The notes beneath the pieces are model-generated. The model searched no databases, was not told where the DNA came from, and was given only the letters and a program-made list of their open reading frames with translations. A program made the position numbers and the translations under genes. A DNA stretch of 64,000 bases, from the NCBI GenBank assembly GCA_964057225.1, contig OZ059900.1:16430001-16494000 (forward strand), read 5' to 3'. Source of the stretch: Auanema rhodensis (Eukaryota > Animalia > Nematoda). Shown piece after piece: positions 28,043-43,000 of the stretch. Within the stretch, counting starts at the first letter, position 1. Each line of letters starts with the position of its first letter.

Positions 28043-31000
28043 CTAGACGTTGTACGAACATTTTTGAGCTAGGTTTCATTGACATTGCATGAGTTTGAAC
28101 ACATGAAATCGTAAGTCAAAACCTTGTTTACAGCGAAATTTCCAAAAACTGGTTTTCCAGCATAATAAAATATTTCTCATGGGAAATACTGTGTTTTTGT
28201 ATTTTTCTAGTGTTCAGCATGTAAAATACTTCATTTTAGTATGTGACACGCTGAAATTCGTTGCATTTGACGACTCATATGAACAAAAATCGATTTAATC
28301 AATATTAGCCATAAGGGGCGTGCCCTCAGAATATGCTAATTTCCTTAATTTTCTAACCCCTGTTTTTTTGTCGTGAAAGTGGAACTAGACGTTGTACGAA
28401 CAATTTTGAGCTAGGTTTCATTGACATTGCATGAGTTTGAACACATGAAATCGTAAGTCAAAACCTTGTTTACAGCGAAATTTCCAAAAACTGGTTTTCC
28501 AGCATAATAAAATATTTCTCATGGGAAATACTGTGTTTTTGTATTTTTCTAGTGTTCAGCATGTAAAATGGTTCATTTTAGTATGTAACACGCTGAAATT
28601 CGTTGCATTTGACGACTCATATGAACAAAAATCGATTTAATCAATATTAGCCATAAGGGGCGTGCCCTCAGAATATGCTAATTTCCTTAATTTTCTAACC
28701 CCTATTTTTTTGTCGTGAAAGTGGAACTAGACGTTGTACGAACAATTTTGAGCTAGGTTTCATTGACATTGCATGAGTTTGAACACATGAAATCGTAAGT
28801 CAAAACCTTGTTTACAGCGAAATTTCCAAAAACTGGTTTTCCAGCATAATAAAATATTTCTCATGGGAAATACTGTGTTTTTGTATTTTTCTAGTGTTCA
28901 GCATGTAAAATGCTTCATTTTAGTATGTAACACGCTGAAATTCGTTGCATTTGACGACTCATATGAACAAAAATCGATTTAATCAATATTAGCCATAAGG
29001 GGCGTGCCCTCAGAATATGCTAATTTCCTTAATTTTCTGACCCCTGTTTTTTTGTCGTGAAAGTGGAACTAGACGTTGTACGAACAATTTTGAGCTAGGT
29101 TTCATTGACATTGCATGAGTTTGAACACATGAAATCGTAAGTCAAAACCTTGTTTACAGCGAAATTTCCAAAAACTGGTTTTCCAGCATAATAAAATATT
29201 TCTCATGGGAAATACTGTGTTTTTGTATTTTTCTAGTGTTCAGCATGTAAAATGCTTCATTTTAGTATGTAACACGCTGAAATTCGTTGCATTTGACGAC
29301 TCATATGAACAAAAATCGATTTAATCAATATTAGCCATAAGGGGCGTGCCCTCAGAATATGCTAATTTCCTTAATTTTCTAACCCCTGTTTTTTTGTCGT
29401 GAAAGTGGAACTAGACGTTGTACGAACAATTTTGAGCTAGGTTTCATTGACATTGCATGAGTTTGAACACATGAAATCGTAAGTCAAAACCTTGTTTACA
29501 GCGAAATTTCCAAAAACTGGTTTTCCAGCATAATAAAATATTTCTCATGGGAAATACTGTGTTTTTGTATTTTTCTAGTGTTCAGCATGTAAAATGCTTC
29601 ATTTTAGTATGTAACACGCTGAAATTCGTTGCATTTGACGACTCATATGAACAAAAATCGATTTAATCAATATTAGCCATAAGGGGCGTGCCCTCAGAAT
29701 ATGCTAATTTCCTTAATTTTCTAACCCCTGTTTTTTTGTCGTGAAAGTGGAACTAGACGTTGTACGAACAATTTTGAGCTAGGTTTCATTGACATTGCAT
29801 GAGTTTGAACACATGAAATCGTAAGTCAAAACCTTGTTTACAGCGAAATTTCCAAAAACTGGTTTTCCAGCATAATAAAATATTTCTCATGAGAAATACT
29901 GTGTTTTTGTATTTTTCTAGTGTTCAGCATGTAAAATGCTTCATTTTAGTATGTAACACGATGAAATTCGTTGCATTTGACGACTCATATGAACAAAAAT
30001 CGATTTAATCAATATTAGCCGTAAGGGGCGTGCCCTCAGAATATGCTAATTTCATTAATTTTCTAACCCCTGTTTTTTTGTCGTGAAAGTGGAACTAGAC
30101 GTTGTAGGAACAATTTTGAGCTAGGTTTCATTGACATTGCATGAGTTTGAACACATGAAATCGTAAGTCAAAACCTTGTTTACAGCGAAATTTCCAAAAA
30201 CTGGTTTTCCAGCATAATAAAATATTTCTCATGGGAAATACTGTGTTTTTGTATTTTTCTAGTGTTCAGCATGTAAAATGCTTCATTTTAGTATGTAACA
30301 CGCTGAAATTCGTTGCATTTGACGACTCATATGAACAAAAATCGATTTAATCAATATTAGCCATAAGGGGCGTGCCCTCAGAATATGCTAATTTCCTTAA
30401 TTTTCTAACCCCTGTTTTTTTGTCGTGAAAGTGGAACTAGACGTTGTAGGAACAATTTTGAGCTAGGTTTCATTGACATTGCATGAGTTTGAACACATGA
30501 AATCGTAAGTCAAAACCTTGTTTACAGCGAAATTTCCAAAAACTGGTTTTCCAGCATAATAAAATATTTCTCATGGGAAATACTGTGTTTTTGTATTTTT
30601 ATAGTGTTCAGCATGTAAAATGCTTCATTTTAGTATGTAACACGCTGAAATTCGTTGCATTTGACGACTCATATGAACAAAAATCGATTTAATCAATATT
30701 AGCCATAAGGGGCGTGCCCTCAGAATATGCTAATTTCCTTAATTTTCTAACCCCTGTTTTTTTGTCGTGAAAGTGGAACTAGACGTTGTAGGAACAATTT
30801 TGAGCTAGGTTTCATTGACATTGCATGAGTTTGAACACATGAAATCGTAAGTCAAAACCTTGTTTACAGCGAAATTTCCAAAAACTGGTTTTCCAGCATA
30901 ATAAAATATTTCTCATGGGAAATACTGTGTTTTTGTATTCTTCTAGTGTTCAGCATGTAAAATGCTTCATTTTAGTATGTAACACGCTGAAATTCGTTGC

Positions 31001-31462
31001 ATTTGACGACTCATATGAACAAAAATCGATTTAATCAATATTAGCCATAAGGGGCGTGCCCTCAGAATATGCTAATTTCCTTAATTTTCTAACCCCTGTT
31101 TTTTTGTCGTGAAAGTGGAACTAGACGTTGTACGAACAATTTTGAGCTAGGTTTCATTGACATTGCATGAGTTTGAACACATGAAATCGTAAGTCAAAAC
31201 CTTGTTTACAGCGAAATTTCCAAAAACTGGTTTTCCAGCATAATAAAATATTTCTCATGGGAAATACTGTGTTTTTGTATTTTTCTAGTGTTCAGCATGT
31301 AAAATGCTTCATTTTAGTATGTAACACGCTGAAATTCGTTGCATTTGACTACTCATATGAACAAAAATCGATTTAATCAATATTAGCCATAAGGGGCGTG
31401 CCCTCAGAATATGCTAATTTCCTTAATTTTCTAACCCCTGTTTTTTTGTCGTGAAAGTGGAA

Positions 31463-34400
31463 CTAGACGTTGTACAAACAATTTTGAGCTAGGTTTCATT
31501 GACATTGCATGAGTTTGAACACATGAAATCGTAAGTCAAAACCTTGTTTACAGCGAAATTTCCAAAAACTGGTTTTCCAGCATAATAAAATATTTCTCAT
31601 GAGAAATACTGTGTTTTTGTATTTTTCTAGTGTTCAGCATGTAAAATGCTTCATTTTAGTATGTAACACGCTGAAATTCGTTGCATTTGACTACTCATAT
31701 GAACAAAAATCGATTTAATCAATATTAGCCGTAAGGGGCGTGCCCTCAGAATATGCTAATTTCATTAATTTTCTAACCCCTGTTTTTTTGTCGTGAAAGT
31801 GGAACTAGACGTTGTAGGAACAATTTTGAGCTAGGTTTCATTGACATTGCATGAGTTTGAACACATGAAATCGTAAGTCAAAACCTTGTTTACAGCGAAA
31901 TTTCCAAAAACTGGTTTTCCAGCATAATAAAATATTTCTCATGGGAAATACTGTGTTTTTGTATTTTTCTAGTGTTCAGCATGTAAAATGCTTCATTTTA
32001 GTATGTAACACGCTGAAATTCGTTGCATTTGACGACTCATATGAACAAAAATCGATTTAATCAATATTAGCCATAAGGGGCGTGCCCTCAGAATATGCTA
32101 ATTTCCTTAATTTTCTAACCCCTGTTTTTTTGTCGTGAAAGTGGAACTAGACGTTGTAGGAACAATTTTGAGCTAGGTTTCATTGACATTGCATGAGTTT
32201 GAACACATGAAATCGTAAGTCAAAACCTTGTTTACAGCGAAATTTCCAAAAACTGGTTTTCCAGCATAATAAAATATTTCTCATGGGAAATACTGTGTTT
32301 TTGTATTTTTATAGTGTTCAGCATGTAAAATGCTTCATTTTAGTATGTAACACGCTGAAATTCGTTGCTTTTGACGACTCATATGAACAAAAATCGATTT
32401 AATCAATATTAGCCATAAGGGGCGTGCCCTCAGAATATGCTAATTTCCTTAATTTTCTAACCCCGGTTTTTTTGTCGTGAAAGTGGAATTAGACGTTGTA
32501 GGAACAATTTTGAGCTAGGTTTCATTGACATTGCATGAGTTTGAACACATGAAATCGTAAGTCAAAACCTTGTTTACAGCGAAATTTCCAAAAACTGGTT
32601 TTCCAGCATAATAAAATATTTCTCATGGGAAATACTGTGTTTTTGTATTTTTCTAGTGTTCAGCATGTAAAATGCTTCATTTTAGTATGTAACACGCTGA
32701 AATTCGTTGCATTTGACGACTCATATGAACAAAAATCGATTTAATCAATATTAGCCATAAGGGGCGTGCCCTCAGAATATGCTAATTTCCTTAATTTTCT
32801 AACCCCTGTTTTTTTGTCGTGAAAGTGGAACTAGACGTTGTAGGAACAATTTTGAGCTAGGTTTCATTGACATTGCATGAGTTTGAACACATGAAATCGT
32901 AAGTCAAAACCTTGTTTACAGCGAAATTTCCAAAAACTGGTTTTCCAGCATAATAAAATATTTCTCATGGGAAATACTGTGTTTTTGTATTTTTCTAGTG
33001 TTCAGCATGTAAAATGCTTCATTTTAGTATGTAACACGCTGAAATTCGTTGCATTTGACGACTCATATGAACAAAAATCGATTTAATCAATATTAGCCAT
33101 AAGGGGCGTGCCCTCAGAATATGCTAATTTCCTTAATTTTCTAACCCCTGTTTTTTTGTCGTGAAAGTGGAACTAGACGTTGTACAAACAATTTTGAGCT
33201 AGGTTTCATTGACATTGCATGAGTTTGAACACATGAAATCGTAAGTCAAAACCTTGTTTACAGCGAAATTTCCAAAAACTGGTTTTCCAGCATAATAAAA
33301 TATTTCTCATGAGAAATACTGTGTTTTTGTATTTTTCTAGTGTTCAGCATGTAAAATGCTTCATTTTAGTATGTAACACGCTGAAATTCGTTGCATTTGA
33401 CTACTCATATGAACAAAAATCGATTTAATCAATATTAGCCGTAAGGGGCGTGCCCTCAGAATATGCTAATTTCATTAATTTTCTAACCCCTGTTTTTTTG
33501 TCGTGAAAGTGGAACTAGACGTTGTAGGAACAATTTTGAGCTAGGTTTCATTGACATTGCATGAGTTTGAACACATGAAATCGTAAGTCAAAACCTTGTT
33601 TACAGCGAAATTTCCAAAAACTGGTTTTCCAGCATAATAAAATATTTCTCATGGGAAATACTGTGTTTTTGTATTTTTCTAGTGTTCAGCATGTAAAATG
33701 CTTCATTTTAGTATGTAACACGCTGAAATTCGTTGCATTTGACGACTCATATGAACAAAAATCGATTTAATCAATATTAGCCATAAGGGGCGTGCCCTCA
33801 GAATATGCTAATTTCCTTAATTTTCTAACCCCTGTTTTTTTGTCGTGAAAGTGGAACTAGACGTTGTAGGAACAATTTTGAGCTAGGTTTCATTGACATT
33901 GCATGAGTTTGAACACATGAAATCGTAAGTCAAAACCTTGTTTACAGCGAAATTTCCAAAAACTGGTTTTCCAGCATAATAAAATATTTCTCATGGGAAA
34001 TACTGTGTTTTTGTATTTTTATAGTGTTCAGCATGTAAAATGCTTCATTTTAGTATGTAACACGCTGAAATTCGTTGCTTTTGACGACTCATATGAACAA
34101 AAATCGATTTAATCAATATTAGCCATAAGGGGCGTGCCCTCAGAATATGCTAATTTCCTTAATTTTCTAACCCCGGTTTTTTTGTCGTGAAAGTGGAATT
34201 AGACGTTGTAGGAACAATTTTGAGCTAGGTTTCATTGACATTGCATGAGTTTGAACACATGAAATCGTAAGTCAAAACCTTGTTTACAGCGAAATTTCCA
34301 AAAACTGGTTTTCCAGCATAATAAAATATTTCTCATGGGAAATACTGTGTTTTTGTATTTTTCTAGTGTTCAGCATGTAAAATGCTTCATTTTAGTATGT

Positions 34401-35224
34401 AACACGCTGAAATTCGTTGCATTTGACGACTCATATGAACAAAAATCGATTTAATCAATATTAGCCATAAGGGGCGTGCCCTCAGAATATGCTAATTTCC
34501 TTAATTTTCTAACCCCTGTTTTTTTGTCGTGAAAGTGGAACTAGACGTTGTAGGAACAATTTTGAGCTAGGTTTCATTGACATTGCATGAGTTTGAACAC
34601 ATGAAATCGTAAGTCAAAACCTTGTTTACAGCGAAATTTCCAAAAACTGGTTTTCCAGCATAATAAAATATTTCTCATGGGAAATACTGTGTTTTTGTAT
34701 TTTTATAGTGTTCAGCATGTAAAATGCTTCATTTTAGTATGTAACACGCTGAAATTCGTTGCTTTTGACGACTCATATGAACAAAAATCGATTTAATCAA
34801 TATTAGCCATAAGGGGCGTGCCCTCAGAATATGCTAATTTCCTTAATTTTCTAACCCCGGTTTTTTTGTCGTGAAAGTGGAATTAGACGTTGTAGGAACA
34901 ATTTTGAGCTAGGTTTCATTGACATTGCATGAGTTTGAACACATGAAATCGTAAGTCAAAACCTTGTTTACAGCGAAATTTCCAAAAACTGGTTTTCCAG
35001 CATAATAAAATATTTCTCATGGGAAATACTGTGTTTTTGTATTTTTTTAGTGTTCAGCATGTAAAATGCTTCATTTTAGTATGTAACACGCTGAAATTCG
35101 TTGCATTTGACGACTCATATGAACAAAAATCGATTTAATCAATATTAGCCATAAGGGGCGTGCCCTCAGAATATGCTAATTTCATTAATTTTCTAACCCC
35201 TGTTTTTTTGTCGTGAAAGTGGAA
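31463..35224 (+). repeat. 5-monomer-period duplication (M93-96 = M98-101) followed by a nested 2-mer duplication (M100-101 > M102-103)
   Basis: The monomer G14A+G140A+G230T+A269G+C302A occurs at 31463 and 33173. C165A+A223T+T319G followed by C1T occurs at M95/96, M100/101 and M102/103. Confidence 0.85.
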
Positions 35225-36934
35225 CTAGACGTTGTACAAACAATTTTGAGCTAGGTTTCATTGACATTGCATGAGTTTGAACACATGGAATCGTAAGTCA
35301 AAACCTTGTTTACAGCGAAATTTCCAAAAACTGGTTTTCCAGCATAATAAAATATTTCTCATGGGAAATACTGTGTTTTTGTATTTTTCTAGTGTTCAGC
35401 ATGTAAAATACTTCATTTTAGTATGTAACACGCTGAAATTCGTTGCATTTGACGACTCATATGAACAAAAATCGATTTAATCAATATTAGCCATAAGGGG
35501 CGTGCCCTCAGAATATGCTAATTTCCTTAATTTTCTAACCCCTGTTTTTTTGTCGTGAAAGTGGAACTAGACGTTGTACAAACAATTTTGAGCTAGGTTT
35601 CATTGACATTGCATGAGTTTGAACACATGAAATCGTAAGTCAAAACCTTGTTTACAGCGAAATTTCCAAAAACTGGTTTTCCAGCATAATAAAATATTTC
35701 TCATGGGAAATACTGTGTTTTTGTATTTTTCTAGTGTTCAGCATGTAAAATGCTTCATTTTAGTATGTAACACGCTGAAATTCGTTGCATTTGACTACTC
35801 ATATGAACAAAAATCGATTTAATCAATATTAGCCATAAGGGGCGTGCCCTCAGAATATGCTAATTTCCTTAATTTTCTAACCCCTGTTTTTTTGTCGTGA
35901 AAGTGGAACTAGACGTTGTACAAACAATTTTGAGCTAGGTTTCATTGACATTGCATGAGTTTGAACACATGAAATCGTAAGTCAAAACCTTGTTTACAGC
36001 GAAATTTCCAAAAACTGGTTTTCCAGCATAATAAAATATTTCTCATGAGAAATACTGTGTTTTTGTATTTTTCTAGTGTTCAGCATGTAAAATGCTTCAT
36101 TTTAGTATGTAACACGATGAAATTCGTTGCATTTGACGACTCATATGAACAAAAATCGATTTAATCAATATTAGCCGTAAGGGGCGTGCCCTCAGAATAT
36201 GCTAATTTCATTAATTTTCTAACCCCTGTTTTTTTGTCGTGAAAGTGGAACTAGACGTTGTAGGAACAATTTTGAGCTAGGTTTCATTGACATTGCATGA
36301 GTTTGAACACATGAAATCGTAAGTCAAAACCTTGTTTACAGCGAAATTTCCAAAAACTGGTTTTCCAGCATAATAAAATATTTCTCATGGGAAATACTGT
36401 GTTTTTGTATTTTTCTAGTGTTCAGCATGTAAAATGCTTCATTTTAGTATGTAACACGCTGAAATTCGTTGCATTTGACGACTCATATGAACAAAAATCG
36501 ATTTAATCAATATTAGCCATAAGGGGCGTGCCCTCAGAATATGCTAATTTCCTTAATTTTCTAACCCCTGTTTTTTTGTCGTGAAAGTGGAACTAGACGT
36601 TGTAGGAACAATTTTGAGCTAGGTTTCATTGACATTGCATGAGTTTGAACACATGAAATCGTAAGTCAAAACCTTGTTTACAGCGAAATTTCCAAAAACT
36701 GGTTTTCCAGCATAATAAAATATTTCTCATGGGAAATACTGTGTTTTTGTATTTTTATAGTGTTCAGCATGTAAAATGCTTCATTTTAGTATGTAACACG
36801 CTGAAATTCGTTGCATTTGACGACTCATATGAACAAAAATCGATTTAATCAATATTAGCCATAAGGGGCGTGCCCTCAGAATATGCTAATTTCCTTAATT
36901 TTCTAACCCCGGTTTTTTTGTCGTGAAAGTGGAA

Positions 36935-39900
36935 TTAGACGTTGTAGGAACAATTTTGAGCTAGGTTTCATTGACATTGCATGAGTTTGAACACATGAAA
37001 TCGTAAGTCAAAACCTTGTTTACAGCGAAATTTCCAAAAACTGGTTTTCCAGCATAATAAAATATTTCTCATGGGAAATACTGTGTTTTTGTATTTTTCT
37101 AGTGTTCAGCATGTAAAATGCTTCATTTTAGTATGTAACACGCTGAAATTCGTTGCATTTGACTACTCATATGAACAAAAATCGATTTAATCAATATTAG
37201 CCATAAGGGGCGTGCCCTCAGAATATGCTAATTTCCTTAATTTTCTAACCCCTGTTTTTTTGTCGTGAAAGTGGAACTAGACGTTGTACAAACAATTTTG
37301 AGCTAGGTTTCATTGACATTGCATGAGTTTGAACACATGAAATCGTAAGTCAAAACCTTGTTTACAGCGAAATTTCCAAAAACTGGTTTTCCAGCATAAT
37401 AAAATATTTCTCATGAGAAATACTGTGTTTTTGTATTTTTCTAGTGTTCAGCATGTAAAATGCTTCATTTTAGTATGTAACACGCTGAAATTCGTTGCAT
37501 TTGACGACTCATATGAACAAAAATCGATTTAATCAATATTAGCCATAAGGGGCGTGCCCTCAGAATATGCTAATTTCCTTAATTTTCTAACCCCTGTTTT
37601 TTTGTCGTGAAAGTGGAACTAGACGTTGTAGGAACAATTTTGAGCTAGGTTTCATTGACATTGCATGAGTTTGAACACATGAAATCGTAAGTCAAAACCT
37701 TGTTTACAGCGAAATTTCCAAAAACTGGTTTTCCAGCATAATAAAATATTTCTCATGAGAAATACTGTGTTTTTGTATTTTTCTAGTGTTCAGCATGTAA
37801 AATGCTTCATTTTAGTATGTAACACGATGAAATTCGTTGCATTTGACGACTCATATGAACAAAAATCGATTTAATCAATATTAGCCATAAGGGGCGTGCC
37901 CTCAGAATATGCTAATTTCATTAATTTTCTAACCCCTGTTTTTTTGTCGTGAAAGTGGAACTAGACGTTGTACAAACAATTTTGAGCTAGGTTTCATTGA
38001 CATTGCATGAGTTTGAACACATGGAATCGTAAGTCAAAACCTTGTTTACAGCGAAATTTCCAAAAACTGGTTTTCCAGCATAATAAAATATTTCTCATGG
38101 GAAATACTGTGTTTTTGTATTTTTCTAGTGTTCAGCATGTAAAATACTTCATTTTAGTATGTAACACGCTGAAATTCGTTGCATTTGACGACTCATATGA
38201 ACAAAAATCGATTTAATCAATATTAGCCATAAGGGGCGTGCCCTCAGAATATGCTAATTTCATTAATTTTCTAACCCCTGTTTTTTTGTCGTGAAAGTGG
38301 AACTAGACGTTGTACAAACAATTTTGAGCTAGGTTTCATTGACATTGCATGAGTTTGAACACATGGAATCGTAAGTCAAAACCTTGTTTACAGCGAAATT
38401 TCCAAAAACTGGTTTTCCAGCATAATAAAATATTTCTCATGGGAAATACTGTGTTTTTGTATTTTTCTAGTGTTCAGCATGTAAAATACTTCATTTTAGT
38501 ATGTAACACGCTGAAATTCGTTGCATTTGACGACTCATATGAACAAAAATCGATTTAATCAATATTAGCCATAAGGGGCGTGCCCTCAGAATATGCTAAT
38601 TTCCTTAATTTTCTAACCCCTGTTTTTTTGTCGTGAAAGTGGAACTAGACGTTGTAGGAACAATTTTGAGCTAGGTTTCATTGACATTGCATGAGTTTGA
38701 ACACATGAAATCGTAAGTCAAAACCTTGTTTACAGCGAAATTTCCAAAAACTGGTTTTCCAGCATAATAAAATATTTCTCATGGGAAATACTGTGTTTTT
38801 GTATTTTTCTAGTGTTCAGCATGTAAAATGCTTCATTTTAGTATGTAACACGCTGAAATTCGTTGCATTTGACTACTCATATGAACAAAAATCGATTTAA
38901 TCAATATTAGCCATAAGGGGCGTGCCCTCAGAATATGCTAATTTCCTTAATTTTCTAACCCCTGTTTTTTTGTCGTGAAAGTGGAACTAGACGTTGTACA
39001 AACAATTTTGAGCTAGGTTTCATTGACATTGCATGAGTTTGAACACATGAAATCGTAAGTCAAAACCTTGTTTACAGCGAAATTTCCAAAAACTGGTTTT
39101 CCAGCATAATAAAATATTTCTCATGAGAAATACTGTGTTTTTGTATTTTTCTAGTGTTCAGCATGTAAAATGCTTCATTTTAGTATGTAACACGCTGAAA
39201 TTCGTTGCATTTGACGACTCATATGAACAAAAATCGATTTAATCAATATTAGCCATAAGGGGCGTGCCCTCAGAATATGCTAATTTCCTTAATTTTCTAA
39301 CCCCTGTTTTTTTGTCGTGAAAGTGGAACTAGACGTTGTAGGAACAATTTTGAGCTAGGTTTCATTGACATTGCATGAGTTTGAACACATGAAATCGTAA
39401 GTCAAAACCTTGTTTACAGCGAAATTTCCAAAAACTGGTTTTCCAGCATAATAAAATATTTCTCATGAGAAATACTGTGTTTTTGTATTTTTCTAGTGTT
39501 CAGCATGTAAAATGCTTCATTTTAGTATGTAACACGATGAAATTCGTTGCATTTGACGACTCATATGAACAAAAATCGATTTAATCAATATTAGCCATAA
39601 GGGGCGTGCCCTCAGAATATGCTAATTTCATTAATTTTCTAACCCCTGTTTTTTTGTCGTGAAAGTGGAACTAGACGTTGTACAAACAATTTTGAGCTAG
39701 GTTTCATTGACATTGCATGAGTTTGAACACATGGAATCGTAAGTCAAAACCTTGTTTACAGCGAAATTTCCAAAAGCTGGTTTTCCAGCATAATAAAATA
39801 TTTCTCATGGGAAATACTGTGTTTTTGTATTTTTCTAGCGTTCAGCATGTAAAATGCTTCATTTTAGTATGTAACACGCTGAAATTCGTTGCATTTGACG

Positions 39901-40012
39901 ACTCATATGAACAAAAATCGATTTAATCAATATTAGCCATAAGGGGCGTGCCCTCAGAATATGCTAATTTCATTAATTTTCTAACCCCTGTTTTTTTGTC
40001 GTGAAAGTGGAA
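36935..40012 (+). repeat. 5-monomer-period duplication (M109-112 ~ M114-117)
   Basis: C13G+G230T / G14A+G140A / C13G+G140A+C209A+C302A / G14A+A64G+C302A occurs at 36935 and 38645. Confidence 0.78.
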
Positions 40013-43000
40013 CTAGACGTTGTAGGAACAATTTTGAGCTAGGTTTCATTGACATTGCATGAGTTTGAACACATGAAATCGTAAGTCAAAACCTTGTTTA
40101 CAGCGAAATTTCCAAAAACTGGTTTTCCAGCATAATAAAATATTTCTCATGGGAAATACTGTGTTTTTGTATTTTTCTAGTGTTCAGCATGTAAAATGCT
40201 TCATTTTAGTATGTAACACGCTGAAATTCGTTGCATTTGACAACTCATATGAACAAAAAACCGATTTAATCAATATTAGCCATAAGGGGCGTGCCCTCAG
40301 AATATGCTAATTTCCTTAATTTTCTAACCCCTGTTTTTTGTCGTGAAAGTGGAACTAGACGTTGTACGAACAATTTTGAGCTAGGTTTCATTGACATTGC
40401 ATGAGTTCGAACACATGAAATCGTAAGTCAAAACCTTGTTTACAGCGAAAATTCCAAAAACTGGTTTTCCAGCATAATAAAATATTTCTCATGGGAAATA
40501 CTGTGTTTTTGTATTTTTCTAGTGTTCAGCATGTAAAATACTTCATTTTAGTATGTAACACGCTGAAATTCGTTGCATTTGACGACTCATATGAACAAAA
40601 ATCGATTTAATCAATATTAGCCATAAGGGGCGTGCCCTCAGAATATGCTAATTTCCTTAATTTTCTAACCCCTGTTTTTTTGTCGTGAAAGTGGAACTAG
40701 ACGTTGTACGAACAATTTTGAGCTAGGTTTCATTGACATTGCATGAGTTCGAACACATGAAATCGTAAGTCAAAACCTTGTTTACAGCGAAAATTCCAAA
40801 AACTGGTTTTCCAGCATAATTAAATATTTCTCATGGGAAATACTGTGTTTTTGTATTTTTCTAGTGTTCAGCATGTAAAATACTTCATTTTAGTATGTAA
40901 CACGCTGAAATTCGTTGCATTTGACGACTCATATGAACAAAAATCGATTTAATCAATATTAGCCATAAGGGGCGTGCCCTCAGAATATGCTAATTTCCTA
41001 AATTTTCTAACCCCTGTTTTTTTGTCGTGAAAGTGGAACTAGACGTTGTACAAACAATTTTGAGCAAGGTTTCATTGACATTGCATGAATTTGAACACAT
41101 GAAATCGTAAGTCAAAACCTTGTTTACAGCGAAATTTCCAAAAACTGGTTTTCCAGCATAATAAAACATTTCTCATGGGAAATACTGTGTTTTTGTATTT
41201 TTCTAGTGTTCAGCATGTAAAATGCTTCATTTTAGTATGTAACACGCTGAAATTCGTTGCATTTGACTACTCATATGAACAAAAATCGATTTAATCAATA
41301 TTAGCCATAAGGGGCGTGCCCTCAGAATATGCTAATTTCCTTAATTTTCTAACCCCTGTTTTTTTGTCGTGAAAGTGGAACTAGACGTTGTACAAACAAT
41401 TTTGAGCTAGGTTTCATTGACATTGCATGAGTTTGAACACATGGAATCGTAAGTCAAAACCTTGTTTACAGCGAAATTTCCAAAAACTGGTTTTCCAGCA
41501 TAATAAAATATTTCTCATGGGAAATACTGTGTTTTTGTATTTTTCTAGTGTTCAGCATGTAAAATGCTTCATTTTAGTATGTAACACGCTGAAATTCGTT
41601 GCATTTGACGACTCATATGAACAAAAATCGATTTAATCAATATTAGCCATAAGGGGCGTGCCCTCAGAATATGCTAATTTCCTTAATTTTCTAACCCCTG
41701 TTTTTTTGTCGTGAAAGTGGAACTAGACGTTGTACGAACAATTTTGAGCTAGGTTTCATTGACATTGCATGAGTTTGAACACATGAAATCGTAAGTCAAA
41801 ACCTTGTTTACAGCGAAAATTCCAAAAACTGGTTTTCCAGCATAATAAAATATTTCTCATGGGAAATACTGTGTTTTTGTATTTTTCTAGTGTTCAGCAT
41901 GTAAAATGCTTCATTTTAGTATGTAACACGCTGAAATTCGTTGCATTTGACTACTCATATGAACAAAAATCGATTTAATCAATATTAGCCATAAGGGGCG
42001 TGCCCTCAGAATATGCTAATTTCCTTAATTTTCTAACCCCTGTTTTTTTGTCGTGAAAGTGGAACTAAACGTTGTACAAACAATTTTGAGCTAGGTTTCA
42101 TTGACATTGCATGAGTTTGAACACATGAAATCGTAAGTCAAAACCTTGTTTACAGCGAAATTTCCAAAAACTGGTTTTCCAGCATAATAAAATATTTCTC
42201 ATGAGAAATACTGTGTTTTTGTATTTTTCTAGTGTTCAGCATGTAAAATGCTTCATTTTAGTATGTAACACGATGAAATTCGTTGCATTTGACGACTCAT
42301 ATGAACAAAAATCGATTTAATCAATATTAGCCATAAGGGGCGTGCCCTCAGAATATGCTAATTTCATTAATTTTCTAACCCCTGTTTTTTTGTCGTGAAA
42401 GTGGAACTAGACGTTGTAGGAACAATTTTGAGCTAGGTTTCATTGACATTGCATGAGTTTAAACACATGAAATCGTAAGTCAAAACCTTGTTTACAGCGA
42501 AATTTCCAAAAACTGGTTTTCCAGCATAATAAAATATTTCTCATGGGAAATACTGTGTTTTTGTATTTTTCTAGTGTTCAGCATGTAAAATGCTTCATTT
42601 TAGTATGTAACACGCTGAAATTCGTTGCATTTGACTACTCATATGAACAAAAATCGATTTAATCAATATTAGCCATAAGGGGCGTGCCCTCAGAATATGC
42701 TAATTTCCTTAATTTTCTAACCCCTGTTTTTTTGTCGTGAAAGTGGAACTAGACGTTGTACAAACAATTTTGAGCTAGGTTTCATTGACATTGCATGAGT
42801 TTGAACACATGGAATCGTAAGTCAAAACCTTGTTTACAGCGAAATTTCCAAAAACTGGTTTTCCAGCATAATAAAATATTTCTCATGGGAAATACTGTGT
42901 TTTTGTATTTTTCTAGTGTTCAGCATGTAAAATACTTCATTTTAGTATGTAACACGCTGAAATTCGTTGCATTTGACGACTCATATGAACAAAAATCGAT

